From positions 32,001 to 96,000 of IMG/VR virus record IMGVR_UViG_3300033121_000493: a stretch of 64,000 nt of DNA; one strand, 5' to 3'. The stretch comes from a virus. Its lineage: Duplodnaviria > Caudoviricetes. Under the pieces are notes generated by a model, which was given only the letters and a program-made list of their open reading frames with translations, was not told the origin of the DNA and ran no database searches. Both the position numbers and the translations under genes were made by a program. Numbering within the stretch: the first letter of the stretch is position 1; every line of letters starts with the position of its first letter. Shown piece by piece: positions 63,301 through 64,000 of this stretch.

Positions 63301-63991
63301 GTACTAATGCTTGTGCCGGTCTATTCTCAGCTATAGCTTTTTTCAACTCACCTGGAAAAGCAATAACGGATCTAGTCGCATCCGTAGATGGTACAAAGAT
63401 CTTTTTGCCGGTCTTATCCAAAAACTGTGAGTACAGTTTACCGTCACTACCACGGTGAACGTTGTACGCAGTTCTATTGTCTACACCGGCTTTCTCAGAT
63501 TCTGCTGTACGAACTACGTCGATGAAACCCATATACGAAGGCTGCACGGCACGTGACTCGTCAGGAATAGCGTCTGTATCTGGAATACCACCATAGCCAA
63601 GTCGAGACACACGCTGCAACTGATCATAGATGTCTAGAGGATTTGATTCCTCCAGCGGCATACCAAGACCGGAACTAAGCAGAACAGATTCCAATTGTTT
63701 GTTACGTTGCTGGTGATTAAGTATAGGATTAAGTGACCTGGCGTATGTAGCTTTCCACAGAGCTCGTCTAGCCACACCACCAACGTCAGCTTTAATACGC
63801 TCAGCCAGCATCTCTGCCGGACCAATCACCTTCTGATACGAGATGTTGTCACGGTCATCTGTATCCATTTCACCTTTACGAATCTTCAGCAACTTATGTG
63901 TAGCGGCCAGTATTGCCTGCGGGCTAACCGTATCGAAGCGTGTACCAAGAGTTTCCTCTGTAATATTGGGGTCTAGCTTCATAGCAGCCAT
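60326..63991 (-). CDS. rpoBC: DNA-directed RNA polymerase beta-beta'(N-terminal) fusion; frame open at the window edge, so probably 5'-partial
   Basis: Beta motifs DDRDN, EDAIVVSE, GDKLTMRFGGKGV, MKLHH, GSAKRIGGLE; beta' motifs GGLFD, PPQYRP, NRAPTLH and catalytic GADFDGD. Confidence 0.93.
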   Translation of the reverse strand: MAAMKLDPNITEETLGTRFDTVSPQAILAATHKLLKIRKGEMDTDDRDNISYQKVIGPAEMLAERIKADVGGVARRALWKATYARSLNPILNHQQRNKQLESVLLSSGLGMPLEESNPLDIYDQLQRVSRLGYGGIPDTDAIPDESRAVQPSYMGFIDVVRTAESEKAGVDNRTAYNVHRGSDGKLYSQFLDKTGKKIFVPSTDATRSVIAFPGELKKAIAENRPAQALVRGRIKYVDPSKVDYELPHPEHMMSTLAHLVPFLSSIKGHRTNMVARMATQALAIKDGEAPFVQTSRPSGEPNDSFERFLGSKTGIVRSDATGIVTKLDKDSISIKTPNGIKRYELYDNFPYNRRGFVNNTPMVKPGDYVKPGQLLAKTNFTNDEGELALGKNLRTAYLPFKGLTVEDAIVVSESAAKKMASEHMYQHSMDIEPGQKVSRNAFISAFPTTYNKAQLANFTDNGLIKPGTVVKKGDPLILSISEKSAKGQGVLTRSSKARFMDSSHVWEYDDDGIVTDVHAGPKDVNVIVKAYRPCVVGDKLTMRFGGKGVISSIVPDDQMPHDSDKNPLELLIHPFGTISRSNPAAILELALGKVAAKLGKKYVVPSFQDGSNLKTVQDELKKYGIKDTETLFDPNRNANVNNVLSGVQYWMKLHHTAEDKADARADDGSYTIDKVPAKGGEGSAKRIGGLETMSLLSAGATEVLRDAKLIRGQRNDDFWRAFRLGYPPPTPEAPFVYKKFMDDLRSAGINVSKTGNFVNIMALTDKDIDKMSRGEVKSDDTLDFDTMKPISGGLFDIGLTGGPEGTGFTHVNLNHPLPNPVFEDSIRKVLGLTEGQLEDVIAGKRMLKEKTGPEALRSALQSLNVHSEIDRLKDLVTNGSKTNRDDAIKRLRVFTMLKKTGIKPEELMLTKVPIMPPQYRPIATGPKGMTIVSDPNYLYKEIIRANNNVKDVTDTLGHEAAGDERLALYSSFKALVGLSDPLQPKLQEKNIKGILSHALGLRSSPKFSVFQRKIIGSTTDMVGSAVITPNPSLDMDQVGLPEEKAWTLYRPFIIRSLVRRGTPAVQAVNMVANKDRIAKDALIEEMKVRPVLINRAPTLHKFGIMAAWPVLAKTQTMQLSPTIVSGYGADFDGDRMQFHVPVSDEAVSEAKRKLMPSANLLSARNFDVHYAPIQEFLHGLFRATHDQSAHEAKTFATKADAIAAFRRGEINADTRIKILQG

Positions 63992-64000
63992 AGCTTTAGC

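Noticed and set aside
286-63458. Numerous plus-strand ORFs in the track (e.g. 9142..9765, 31140..31883, 45020..45880, 61662..62321)
   Set aside because: They are antisense shadows of well-supported minus-strand genes, with no recognisable motifs
1-64000. CRISPR array
   Set aside because: No regularly spaced direct repeats with unique spacers were seen

Overview
This window is 64 kb of a large, contractile-tailed (myovirus-like/jumbo) bacteriophage genome, with essentially all credible genes on the minus strand. Read in transcription order (64000 to 1) it contains five blocks. (1) A bacterial-type RNA polymerase beta-beta'(N) fusion gene, open at the window edge. (2) A ~13 kb head-to-tail array of ~45 tiny (60-100 aa), translationally coupled ORFs that appear to be one hyper-diversified paralog family, with tRNA-Pro, tRNA-Val and a HAD hydrolase embedded. 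(3) An HsdS-like single-TRD protein, a Cys-rich protein and a GC-rich DUF6745-like/RQGD-motif gene pair. (4) The separate beta'(C) RNAP gene, with two related mini-inteins in the bridge helix and trigger loop. (5) A long morphogenesis module: internal head proteins, prohead protease, scaffold, decoration, major capsid, neck, sheath, tube, spike, frameshifted tail chaperones, tape measure, hub, a sigma70-family factor, baseplate wedge and fibre-attachment genes. A 12-bp palindrome, GTAGCGCGCTAC, is dispersed through the window. The best candidate for an undescribed system is the small-paralog array: it has conserved ends, a hypervariable middle, almost exclusively non-synonymous divergence between recent duplicates, and near-cognate start codons. 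All product calls come from motif recognition and gene order; no database search was run.
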